A stretch of DNA of 64,000 nt from an uncultured delta proteobacterium (GTDB taxonomy: Bacteria; Myxococcota_A; Polyangia; Polyangiales; Polyangiaceae), in the NCBI GenBank assembly GCA_963806225.1, contig CAWDXG010000004.1, forward strand, positions 5,408,001 to 5,472,000, in the 5' to 3' direction. Of this stretch, positions 18,871 to 27,560 are shown one piece after another (the stretch's first letter is position 1; every line of letters starts with the position of its first letter). Made by a program: the position numbers and the translations under genes. The notes beneath the pieces are model-generated. The model was not told where the DNA came from and did not search any database. It was given only the letters and a program-made list of their open reading frames with translations.

Positions 18871-20478
18871 ATGATCGCTCCGCGTCGCCTCGCCCTGCTG
18901 GTCCCGCTGCTGCTCGCGGCGTGTCACGACCGGGGCGACAGGGTGAAGCACTCGCCTGCGCCTGCGCCCATCGCTTCCCGTGCCGACGCGCAGCTTCACG
19001 CCTGCCGCGAGCGCATCGCGGACGTGGAGTCGGAGGCCGCGCTGCCCGGAGCTCCGGCGTTCGAAGGGAGGCGCGCGGAGATCCTCGGTCGCGCGCGCGG
19101 CGAGCCGCTCCTGTTCGTGCGCGCGCCGAGCGCGACTGCGGACAGCGCGCTGCCGGCGGCGGCCCGGAAGGCGCGGCGCGGGCTCGCGCGGCTTTCGGCA
19201 TGGCGGCGCGTCAGGGCTCTCCGCGCACGCTTCCGCGGGCAGCCGCGCGTGCTCCGCGCGCTCGTACTCCGGCAGGGCTATCTGTACTCGTCCGACCCGA
19301 TCGAGGCGCTGGCGCTGGTTACGCTGATGCATATTCCGGATCTGTTCGCCGCGCCGGACATCGTGCTCGAGCGCGGCTCGCACGTGTATGCGCTGCATCG
19401 CGCCGGCGGGCGGCATCCGGCGTACCGGTTCAGCGACGGACGCGACGCGCGGCTGCTGTTCGGCGATCGGCTGGCGCTGACCCGCGATGCACTGGGGCCC
19501 ACGCTGCACCGCGATCTGCGCGCGCTGGCGCACCACACGGGTTTCGACCGCGCGCGCGTCGAGCACATCGCGGCGGGTGCGCTGGTCGCGCGGCTCCGCT
19601 TCGGTACCCGCTGGGTGCGCGCGCTGCTCGTGTCCGACGGTGCACGGCTGTCGCTTTCGTGTCTCGACGCGACGGCATCGGAGCGCCGGAGCGTGCAGCG
19701 CTGGCAGCACGCGGACGCGCCGCGGCGCAGGGCGCTGGCCCGCCTGCGCGCGCAGGTGACCGAAGAGATCGCCGAGCGGCTGCCCTTCGACCGGCCGCAC
19801 GGCGAGGAGACGGAGGACGAGGACGGACAGCTTCGACCCGCGTGGCGCTGGGCGTACCGCACCGGACAGCGCGTGTTCCGTTATGACGACAGGAGCTACC
19901 CCGTGTACGACGTGCACGGGCGACCACATCCACCGCAGGTGTGCGTGGAGTTCGTGCTCGACAGCTACGAGCGTGCGGCGGGGACGTGGTTTGCGGCGCT
20001 CGGGCGCGGGCATGGGCGCATCGAGGGGCGCCTCGACTTCAAGGCGTTCGGCATCGAGAACCGCAGCGGAGTGCTGGCGTTCGAGCGCTTTGCCGAGGAC
20101 CACCCCGAGCTGTTCGCGCAGCGCCGCTTTCGCGGCGACGAGCGCATCGAGTTCCGCGAGCGGCGGCGCTTCTTCGCGTGGCTTGTCGCCCATGCCGATC
20201 TGTTCAAGCCCGGCGACATCGTGGCGATCCGCGGCCTGAAAGCCGACGGGCGCATCCACCAGCACGCACTCTTGATCGAGGATACCGATCCCGAAACCGG
20301 TTTCCCCGATGCGCTCGCTGACCAGATGAGCGTTCCGCGCCGCCGCACCTGGGAGAACATCATGGGCCCCGCGCCGCGGCGCAGCCTCTACTACCGCGTG
20401 CGACCGAGCGCGGCGCTGCTCGACGCGCTGGCCGGCGACGCGCTGCCGGACACGCGACCGGTCGCCGCCGACCGCTGA
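18871..20478 (+). CDS. Hypothetical lipoprotein with possible C-terminal NlpC/P60-like domain
   Basis: LLAA-C lipobox; QVCVEFV...KPGDIVAI...HQHALLI pattern. The domain call is inference. Confidence 0.6.
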   Translation: MIAPRRLALLVPLLLAACHDRGDRVKHSPAPAPIASRADAQLHACRERIADVESEAALPGAPAFEGRRAEILGRARGEPLLFVRAPSATADSALPAAARKARRGLARLSAWRRVRALRARFRGQPRVLRALVLRQGYLYSSDPIEALALVTLMHIPDLFAAPDIVLERGSHVYALHRAGGRHPAYRFSDGRDARLLFGDRLALTRDALGPTLHRDLRALAHHTGFDRARVEHIAAGALVARLRFGTRWVRALLVSDGARLSLSCLDATASERRSVQRWQHADAPRRRALARLRAQVTEEIAERLPFDRPHGEETEDEDGQLRPAWRWAYRTGQRVFRYDDRSYPVYDVHGRPHPPQVCVEFVLDSYERAAGTWFAALGRGHGRIEGRLDFKAFGIENRSGVLAFERFAEDHPELFAQRRFRGDERIEFRERRRFFAWLVAHADLFKPGDIVAIRGLKADGRIHQHALLIEDTDPETGFPDALADQMSVPRRRTWENIMGPAPRRSLYYRVRPSAALLDALAGDALPDTRPVAADR

Positions 20479-20496
20479 AGTGATATAGACCCCCGC

Positions 20497-21285
20497 GTGC
20501 AGGACGCGGCGGACATCCACTGGCTGGATCTCGGCGACCACCGGCTCGAAGCGCGCTGGTACGGCGCCGGCGAAGGCCCCGTGCTGGTGTTCCTGCACGA
20601 AGGGCTCGGCTGCCTCGATCACTGGCGCGATTTCCCCGCGGCGCTGGCGCAGGCGACGGGGCTCCGCGGGCTGGTCTACAGCCGCCGTGGCTACGGGCGT
20701 TCCGACGCCTGCGAGCTGCCGCGCCCGCTCGACTACATGCAACAGCACGGCGAGCGCGTTCTGCCGCGCGTGCTTTCCGCCGCGGGGGTCGAGCAGTCGA
20801 TCCTCGTCGGCCACTCGGACGGGGCGTCCATCGCGATCGTCTACGCCGGGAGCGCGCCGCGGCCCGGCCTGCGTGGCCTGGTGCTCGAAGCGCCGCATGT
20901 CTTCACCGAGCCATCGGGGCTGGAGGCCATCGAGCGCGCGCGCGAGGCGTTCGACCACGGGGATCTCCGCAGACGGCTAATGCGCTATCACGGCAAGAAC
21001 GTCGATTGCGCTTTCCGTGGCTGGAACGAGGCCTGGCTCGACCCCGGTTTCAAGGCCTGGAACATCGAGTCGTACCTGCCCGGCATCCGCGTGCCCGTGC
21101 TCGTTGTGCAGGGCCTCGACGATCCCTACGGCACCATGAAGCAGGTCGACGCCATCGCGCACCAGTCCGGCGCGCCCGTTGCCGCGGAACTCATTCCCGA
21201 GTGCGCCCACTCCCCCCACCGCGAGCAACGCGACGAGACCCTCGCCGTCATGTCGGGGTTCATCCGCGGATTGCTCGAGGGGTAG
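20497..21285 (+). CDS. Alpha/beta hydrolase
   Basis: FLHEGLG, YSRRGYG, GHSDG, QGLDDPYG and CAHSPH. Confidence 0.88.
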   Translation: MQDAADIHWLDLGDHRLEARWYGAGEGPVLVFLHEGLGCLDHWRDFPAALAQATGLRGLVYSRRGYGRSDACELPRPLDYMQQHGERVLPRVLSAAGVEQSILVGHSDGASIAIVYAGSAPRPGLRGLVLEAPHVFTEPSGLEAIERAREAFDHGDLRRRLMRYHGKNVDCAFRGWNEAWLDPGFKAWNIESYLPGIRVPVLVVQGLDDPYGTMKQVDAIAHQSGAPVAAELIPECAHSPHREQRDETLAVMSGFIRGLLEG

Positions 21286-21368
21286 GGCAGGTCCTGGCAG
21301 CCGCTCCACGTCAGACGCAGGAAGACACGCACGCTGCGTCCCGCGCCTGGCAATGACATCGGTCAGGG

Positions 21369-21509
21369 GTGGCGATCTGTCGCACGGCACACGCGTGCAC
21401 ATCGCGGTTTGCCGTGCGTAAACGCGATCCGCGTCGCACGCGGTTGCGTTGTAACCGTGCGACCGATTGTCGCGGCTCGTGCGCGTCGGTCGCTGCGACA
21501 AACAACCGC
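21369..21509. promoter_or_regulatory. Three candidate RegA/PrrA/RegR-type binding boxes
   Basis: GTGGC-GATCT-GTCGC (21369-21383), GCGAC-CGATT-GTCGC (21459-21473) and GCGAC-AAACA-ACCGC (21495-21509; reverse strand GCGGT-N5-GTCGC), upstream of the operon ending in regB-regA. Confidence 0.65.
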
Positions 21510-21571
21510 ATGCCTCGTTCGATGTCCGCGGCGTATGTGCTGGCGCGTTGACTCGGTGCACAGGAGGAGAG

Positions 21572-21985
21572 ATGCCCATCTGTCGATTCGCTACACATGC
21601 CGCGGCGCTGCTCGTGTTGGCAGCGACCGCGTGCGGAGCCGGCGCCACTCCGGAATCCTCGAACGCGATCCCTTCGCAGTCGGGCGCGTACTTGGCGCAC
21701 TACACCCTCGACCCTGACCCGCCGGTGACCGGCGAGAACAAGCTCGCGCTGAGTATCGCGAAGGCGGGAGGCGCAGCGGTTCCCGGCGCAGAGCTCGTCG
21801 TCACGCCCTGGATGCCCACCATGGGCCACGGCACGCCCGTCACGCCGACGGTCGAGACCCTCGGTGGCGGTGACTATCGCGTCAGCCACCTGGACTACAC
21901 GATGCCGGGCAGCTGGGAAGTGCGCATCGAGCTGACCGACGGTGCCGTGACGGATCAGTTCGCGCTGGATCTCGATGTGCACTAG
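21572..21985 (+). CDS. YtkA/FixH-like lipoprotein (putative copper-binding)
   Basis: AGGAGG RBS; ATA-C lipobox; WMPTMGHG and YTMPGSWEVRI motifs. Confidence 0.75.
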   Translation: MPICRFATHAAALLVLAATACGAGATPESSNAIPSQSGAYLAHYTLDPDPPVTGENKLALSIAKAGGAAVPGAELVVTPWMPTMGHGTPVTPTVETLGGGDYRVSHLDYTMPGSWEVRIELTDGAVTDQFALDLDVH

Positions 21986-22964
21986 CCGCTCCCGCTCGTG
22001 GGGGAGGCGTCTGGTCGTCGCGTCCGCGCTTTGGCTGGTGTTGCTGCTATCGCCGCGGACGGGCCGCGCGCAGGCGTGCTGCACCGCAACCGGCTCGAGC
22101 GGCTTCGGCGTGGTCGGGCGCTGCTATTTTGCCGTTCTCGCCACGCAGCTCTCGTACGAGCGGGGGTACGGGACGTTCGATTCCAGAGGACGCTTTTCCC
22201 GCCTCCGGAACGCCGAGGTCGACGACTTTGTCGTCGCGCTCGGCGGGGGCGTGCGGCTCGGAACGCCGGCACTCCAGCTCCACGGAAGCATCCCGCTGCG
22301 CATGCAGTACCGCGATCTCCACGGCCTGCCCGCTGCCAGCGCGGTCGGCTTCGGCGACGCGTCCCTGATGCTGCGTGCGATGGCAGTCGAGGACCGCATG
22401 ACGGGACTCGACGTGTCCAGGCCGGCGAGCTTGCTCCCGTTCGTCGAGCCGTTCGCTGGGGTGCGCATGCCGACCGGGCGCGCGCCCCGGTATTCCACCG
22501 AACCGACCGGCGTCGACGCAATGGGCGACGGCGCATGGACGGCCATCGGGGGCGTCGCGCTGACGAAGTTCATCACGCTGCAGACCGCCGCGACCTTGAC
22601 CGCGTCGTACGGACGCCGGTTCCCGCACCGCGTCCGCCGGGGAACCGGTTCTGCCGTCTACTCGCCCGGGGACGAGATCAGTGCCCGGTTCGGTCTGGTG
22701 CGGGTGTTCGATCTGTTCTGGTCGGGCAGCCTCTTTGTCAGCGGGATCTTCACGCGACCTGTGGCCATCGACGGTCACCGCATTGCGGCGAGCAGTACCC
22801 GGCGGATCCGCGTCGGTGCCGGCGTCCAACGCTACATCGTGTTCCCCACGTGGGAGGTCGGCGTCTCCGCTTCAGTGGATCCGCCGATCGACGGCTTCGC
22901 CCAGAACATCCCCTTCCCGGGCTCCACTGTCTCGCTGCTCCTGCAGCGCAACTTCACCTGGTAG
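21975..22964 (+). CDS. Putative outer-membrane beta-barrel transporter with N-terminal Cys-Cys
   Basis: Signal peptide then AQACC; GFGD and RMPTG motifs; alternating beta-strand pattern; aromatic C-terminus (RNFTW). Confidence 0.6.
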   Translation: MCTSRSRSWGRRLVVASALWLVLLLSPRTGRAQACCTATGSSGFGVVGRCYFAVLATQLSYERGYGTFDSRGRFSRLRNAEVDDFVVALGGGVRLGTPALQLHGSIPLRMQYRDLHGLPAASAVGFGDASLMLRAMAVEDRMTGLDVSRPASLLPFVEPFAGVRMPTGRAPRYSTEPTGVDAMGDGAWTAIGGVALTKFITLQTAATLTASYGRRFPHRVRRGTGSAVYSPGDEISARFGLVRVFDLFWSGSLFVSGIFTRPVAIDGHRIAASSTRRIRVGAGVQRYIVFPTWEVGVSASVDPPIDGFAQNIPFPGSTVSLLLQRNFTW

Positions 22965-22969
22965 GGGAA

Positions 22970-23326
22970 ATGACTCGAATCCCTCTGCTTCTGTTCGCCG
23001 GCGCGCTCGTCGCGTGCGCGCCGCCCATGCGGCCACCACCTCCCGACGACGCGCTGATCGCAGCGCGCTACGCAGAGCCCCGAGGAGCGAAGGTGTTCAA
23101 TCTCCGCTGCGCCTCATGCCATGGCGAGCGCGGGAACGCTCCCGGGGCGCCGGCAGTCATGGGCCCCGGCACCCTCCGGGGCTTCGCCGATACTGCGTCC
23201 CTGTGCGAGTACATCGCCTCGAGCATGCCGCCCGGACACGAACGGCTCGACGCCCGCGACGCTCGCGACACCTGCGACTACGTTGCGCGGGTGGGGCGCC
23301 TCGCGCCGACGGGGCGCGACCGGTAG
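22970..23326 (+). CDS. Monoheme c-type cytochrome lipoprotein
   Basis: LVA-C lipobox; CASCH heme motif; distal SSMPP Met. Confidence 0.8.
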   Translation: MTRIPLLLFAGALVACAPPMRPPPPDDALIAARYAEPRGAKVFNLRCASCHGERGNAPGAPAVMGPGTLRGFADTASLCEYIASSMPPGHERLDARDARDTCDYVARVGRLAPTGRDR

Positions 23327-23385
23327 TCGTGCTCGCTCCTCCGCCGGTGCTGTCCGGGTCCGCGGGGCCGGTGTACACCTCGGGC

Positions 23386-24651
23386 GTGCCCCACGCCCCC
23401 GCCGCACCCGCCCGGTCTGCCGACCCCGAGGTCCATCGACTGAATCTGGTCTGGCTGGTGCGGCTGCGCTGGGCGAGCATCGTCGGACAGTCGCTGACGG
23501 TGCTGGGCGTGCAGTACGTCATGCACATTCCCGTGCCGCTCGGGCCCCTGTTCGGGCTGATCCTGCTCGAGGCAGCGACCAATCTGGCTGCAGCCCTGTG
23601 GGTCAGGCGCCGGGAGCGGTGTGGCGAAGCACCCGTCGCCGCGCTCATTACCTTCGATCTGCTGCTGTTCACCGGGCTCCTGTACTTCACCGGCGGGCCG
23701 ACGAATCCGTTCAGCTCGCTCTACCTGGTCCACATCGCGCTCGCCACGCTGGTGCTGCGCCCGCGCCTGACGTGGGCCCTGGTCGGGCTGACGCTGCTCT
23801 GCTCCGCGGGGCTGTTCGTCGCGTACGTTCCGCTTCCGATGGGCGCCCATGCGGCGACGGGCCAGTTCGGGACGCATCTGAGGGGCATGTGGGTTGCGCT
23901 CGGCATTGCTGCCAGCTTCATTGTCTACTTCCTGAGCCGCGTCGTGCGCTCGCTGGCCGTGCGCGACGCGGCCCTGGAGCGCGCCAGGGAGAGCGCGCAG
24001 CGTCACCAGCAGATGGCCGCGCTCGCAACGCTGGCCGCAGGCGCAGCCCATGAGCTCGCGCAGCCCCTGTCGACCATTGCGGTCGTCGCCAAGGAGCTCG
24101 AACGGAGCCTGGAGGGCGCGGAAGACGGACACGTCGACGACGCCCGTCTGATCCGCACCGAGGTTGCCCGCTGCAACGACATCCTCGGCGAGCTGGCCGC
24201 GGGCACCGGCCAGCCACGCGGCGAAGGCGGCGCGCCATCGAGCCTCCCGGACATCGTGAGCGCGGCGCTCGAAGGACTCAGGGACGCCGAGCGGGTGGCC
24301 ATCGACGTAGAAGAGGCGTCGCTAGTCCTGCCCGCACGGCTGCTAGGGCGCGCTCTCCGCAGCGTGGTGGCGAACGCGCTCGACGCCACGGCGGACGGCG
24401 GGAAGGTCGAGCTCCGCGCGCGCGTCGTGGAAGGTCGCCTGCGGATCGAGATCCACGACGACGGCACCGGCATGTCCGGAGAAGCGCTGCGCCGCGCGAC
24501 CGAACCGTTCTTCACGACGAAACCCACGGGCAAGGGCATGGGTCTCGGGCTGTTTCTCGCTTCCAGCATCGTCGACCAGCTGGGCGGAGAGCTACGGCTC
24601 GCTTCGCAGCCCGGGAGTGGTACGACCGTGACCTTGGAGCTCTCGTTGTGA
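23386..24651 (+). CDS. regB: RegB/PrrB-family redox sensor histidine kinase
   Basis: LVRLRW, GGPTNPF quinone-binding motif, AHELAQPL H-box, ARCNDIL redox Cys, PFFTTK..GMGLGL; GTG start approximate. Confidence 0.88.
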   Translation: MPHAPAAPARSADPEVHRLNLVWLVRLRWASIVGQSLTVLGVQYVMHIPVPLGPLFGLILLEAATNLAAALWVRRRERCGEAPVAALITFDLLLFTGLLYFTGGPTNPFSSLYLVHIALATLVLRPRLTWALVGLTLLCSAGLFVAYVPLPMGAHAATGQFGTHLRGMWVALGIAASFIVYFLSRVVRSLAVRDAALERARESAQRHQQMAALATLAAGAAHELAQPLSTIAVVAKELERSLEGAEDGHVDDARLIRTEVARCNDILGELAAGTGQPRGEGGAPSSLPDIVSAALEGLRDAERVAIDVEEASLVLPARLLGRALRSVVANALDATADGGKVELRARVVEGRLRIEIHDDGTGMSGEALRRATEPFFTTKPTGKGMGLGLFLASSIVDQLGGELRLASQPGSGTTVTLELSL

Positions 24652-25196
24652 CCGAGGATGTTGCAGCACAGTCGATCCTGATTGTCGACGACGACGACGT
24701 GTTGCGTCCTACGCTCGTACGCGCGTTCTCCCGGCGCGGCTTCGAGGCAGCGGGCGCGCAGAGCTTCGAGGAAGCGATCGCCGCGGCAGAACGGGAGCCG
24801 CCAGAGCTCTGCGTCGTCGACCTCAGGATGCCCGGAAAAGGCGGCCTGGAGCTCATCCAGGAGCTCAAACGAATCGAGCCGCAGATGCAGATCGTCGTGC
24901 TGAGCGGGTACGGGAGCATCGCGACAGCTATCGATGCGCTGCGGCTCGGCGCGACGTACTTCCTGCCCAAGCCTGCGGACGTGGACGACATCCTTTCCGC
25001 GTTTGCGCGCGGGAACGCGCCGCCTTCAACCGAGCTCGACACCGCGCGCGCGCCCTCGCTGGCGCGCACCGAATGGGAGCACATTCAGCGCGTGCTTGCC
25101 GACTGCGGCGGAAATGTGAGCGAAGCGGCGCGACGGCTGGGGATCCACCGGCGGTCGTTGCAGCGCAAGCTGCAGAAGCGGCCGCCGAGCGAGTGA
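24648..25196 (+). CDS. regA: RegA/PrrA-family response regulator
   Basis: REC domain plus EWEHIQRVL...NVSEAARRLGIHRRSLQRKL; GTGA overlap with regB. Confidence 0.92.
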   Translation: MTEDVAAQSILIVDDDDVLRPTLVRAFSRRGFEAAGAQSFEEAIAAAEREPPELCVVDLRMPGKGGLELIQELKRIEPQMQIVVLSGYGSIATAIDALRLGATYFLPKPADVDDILSAFARGNAPPSTELDTARAPSLARTEWEHIQRVLADCGGNVSEAARRLGIHRRSLQRKLQKRPPSE

Positions 25197-25259
25197 CCGT
25201 CGTGGTTGTGCAAGCGACGCGCGGGCCCGAGGGGCCGAGCGTCGCGAGGGTGGGCACCG

Positions 25260-26396
25260 CTACAGCACTTCGCCGGTGAAATCGCCGCGCAGATCGACGG
25301 GGCCGTCGAGGGGCGGGCGCTGCATGCGGCCGAGGGCGCTCTTGCGGGCGCGGGGAAGCACGCCGGCGAGGCGTGCGGCCAGCGCGTCGGAGACGGCGAG
25401 GCCCAGGGCGGCGACGGAGCTCTCGAGCGATGCGAGCGCGGGCGCGGGATCGCCGACGACCTGGACGTGCAGGTTGCGCCCGATGGGCGGCAGTACCAGC
25501 GGGCCGCCCGCTTCGTCGAATCCGACGGCGCCCTTGCCGGCCGCGAACAGCTCGGAGGCGTACAGTACGCTGTCCCGGTAGCGGGTCTGGTCGGCGAGCT
25601 CCTCGGGCGAGAGCGTGCCGCGGGGGACGTCGTGCCCGAACCGGGCCAGCTGCTTGACCAGGAGCTCGACGAAGCGGCGCGCTGCTTCCGCGTCACCGGC
25701 AAAAAGGCACAGCCGCGGACTGAGACAACCGCGCTGGTCGAAGGCGGTCACGTCCTCGGCGAGGTGGAGCGCGGCGCTGGCGAGCGCGCGGTCGCGTTCG
25801 GGCCCCGCCGCGGGCGGCTCGACGACCGCGACGCCGATGCCCGCGCCGTGCGCATGCAGCACCACGCCGGCCGGCAGCTCGGCCCCGAGCGCAGCGATCG
25901 TCTCGTCCGAGCCGTAGGCCCAGACGTGGTCGCCCGGATCCGGCGCCAGGTCCTCGACCAGGTGGAATGCGCCGTGGCTGCCTTCGTGGAGCAGCGCTGC
26001 CATCTCCGGCTCGCGGCGCGAGGCGCGCACCTTCACCCGGGCCGACGCTGCCAGTCCGATAGCGATGGCGCGGTGGGCAGCGATAAACACGTTGGCCGAG
26101 AGCAGCACGTGAGCCCGAGGCACCGGCGGCGTGCTCGCGCAGAGCGCGGCGAGCTCCTCCGACGACGGTTCGGTCTCCAGGCAATGGCAAAGTGCGTATT
26201 CGACACCCTCGCGGCTGAGCCCGGTGGCGGCCGGCAGCACGTCCCGCGCTCGCGCGCCGAGCGGATCGCCCGCGTCGGCGATGCGGCGGGCCGCCTCGAG
26301 CAGCCGCTCGATGCGTGCGAGCCGCACCGGCATCGGCTCGGGCGGAGCGAGCGACGGGTAGCTGGTGCGCGAGGCGGGCGGGTAGTCAGTCGGCAT
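25260..26396 (-). CDS. Acyl-CoA/acyl-protein reductase, LuxC-like
   Basis: YGSDETI, HGAG, FDQRGCLSP catalytic-Cys motif, LGRMQRPP..DG. Confidence 0.8.
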   Translation of the reverse strand: MPTDYPPASRTSYPSLAPPEPMPVRLARIERLLEAARRIADAGDPLGARARDVLPAATGLSREGVEYALCHCLETEPSSEELAALCASTPPVPRAHVLLSANVFIAAHRAIAIGLAASARVKVRASRREPEMAALLHEGSHGAFHLVEDLAPDPGDHVWAYGSDETIAALGAELPAGVVLHAHGAGIGVAVVEPPAAGPERDRALASAALHLAEDVTAFDQRGCLSPRLCLFAGDAEAARRFVELLVKQLARFGHDVPRGTLSPEELADQTRYRDSVLYASELFAAGKGAVGFDEAGGPLVLPPIGRNLHVQVVGDPAPALASLESSVAALGLAVSDALAARLAGVLPRARKSALGRMQRPPLDGPVDLRGDFTGEVL

Positions 26397-27552
26397 GGCC
26401 CTGCACGAGAGCTTCGACGGCAAGCGAGCAGCCGCGGGCCGGCGCGCCCGGCCGGCGGCCGAACAGCTCGATCCCGCCGCCGCGGCGCCGCACCAGATCC
26501 TGCACGACGATGGCGACGGCTGAATCGACGTTGCCCAGGTCGACGATGCGGGCCAGGCCCGTCTCTCCCTCGGCGAGCGGCTTGAGCGTGGCGGGATCGA
26601 CCGGCACGACGCGCAGCCAGGGCGGCTCCAGGTACACGCCGGGCTCGCCGTCGAGCGCGCCACCGGGCAGCGTGCCTTCGTAGAGCTGGCTCGACAGCTC
26701 CGTCATGCCGTACTCGCCGACGACCTGCGCGGGACGGATGCGGAAGGCGCGCGCGACCGCGCGGCGGAGCTTGTCGGGTTCGACGCTGCGCGTCCTGCCC
26801 TTGAAGCCACCGGTTTGCATCACGACCGTACGCTTGGGCGCGGGGAGCTTCGCGCCGGCCAGCGCGTCGAGCAGGAGGACCAGTGCGAACGAGGTGGCGA
26901 GCACCAACAAGGGCTCCTGCCGCTCCTGGGCGACGAGCGCCGCACGTCGCAGGCCACCGACGTCGACGCCGCTCGTGCTGGCCAGCCAGCGCCCCGACGA
27001 TTCCGGATCGAACTCCGCACCGGAGGGGTCGACGGCGAGCGCGCGTCCGTCGAACTCCTGCATGAACGCCCGCATCATGAAACCGAGCGACGAGCTGGTC
27101 GGTTCTCCGGGGGGCGGCGCCAGTGCCACCACGACGCGGCGGCCGGGCCACGCGGAGGCCAGCGCGCGCTTGCCGAAAGAAAGCGACAGCTCGCGGTAGG
27201 TGCGCGTGGTGCGCATGGCGTGGGTGCCGCGCGCGGAGCCGGTGGTGCCGCTGGTGACGAAGCGGACCGCGTCCAGCTCCGGCGGGTGCGCGGCGACGCG
27301 CGTCAGCCGGAAGGCATCGCTCGGTACGGCGGGGATCGCGTCGAGCCGGTCGAGCCCCGGGCTCCTGGCCTCGACGAGGCGGCGGAAGCCGGGGGACCAG
27401 CGCGCCTGGAAGCGGGCGATGTCGATGGCCAGGCGCTCGTAATCGTCCGTTTCCGGCGCCTCGCCACGGGCGAAAGCGCGCACCCGCGCGTGCAGCGCGT
27501 CGCTCTCTCTGACGATGCGTTCCGGGTCGGGATTTTCGACGCTGGTGCTCAA
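26386..27552 (-). CDS. Acyl-protein synthetase, LuxE-like
   Basis: FVTSGTTG, MQTGGFKG, EYGMTELSSQLY, DLGN and C-terminal RGCSL acylation Cys; TTG start approximate. Confidence 0.85.
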   Translation of the reverse strand: MSTSVENPDPERIVRESDALHARVRAFARGEAPETDDYERLAIDIARFQARWSPGFRRLVEARSPGLDRLDAIPAVPSDAFRLTRVAAHPPELDAVRFVTSGTTGSARGTHAMRTTRTYRELSLSFGKRALASAWPGRRVVVALAPPPGEPTSSSLGFMMRAFMQEFDGRALAVDPSGAEFDPESSGRWLASTSGVDVGGLRRAALVAQERQEPLLVLATSFALVLLLDALAGAKLPAPKRTVVMQTGGFKGRTRSVEPDKLRRAVARAFRIRPAQVVGEYGMTELSSQLYEGTLPGGALDGEPGVYLEPPWLRVVPVDPATLKPLAEGETGLARIVDLGNVDSAVAIVVQDLVRRRGGGIELFGRRPGAPARGCSLAVEALVQGHAD

Positions 27553-27560
27553 ACCGGGGC

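Noticed and set aside
25260..27552. Bioluminescence (lux) operon
   Set aside because: Only luxC- and luxE-like genes are present; luxA, luxB and luxD are absent from the window.
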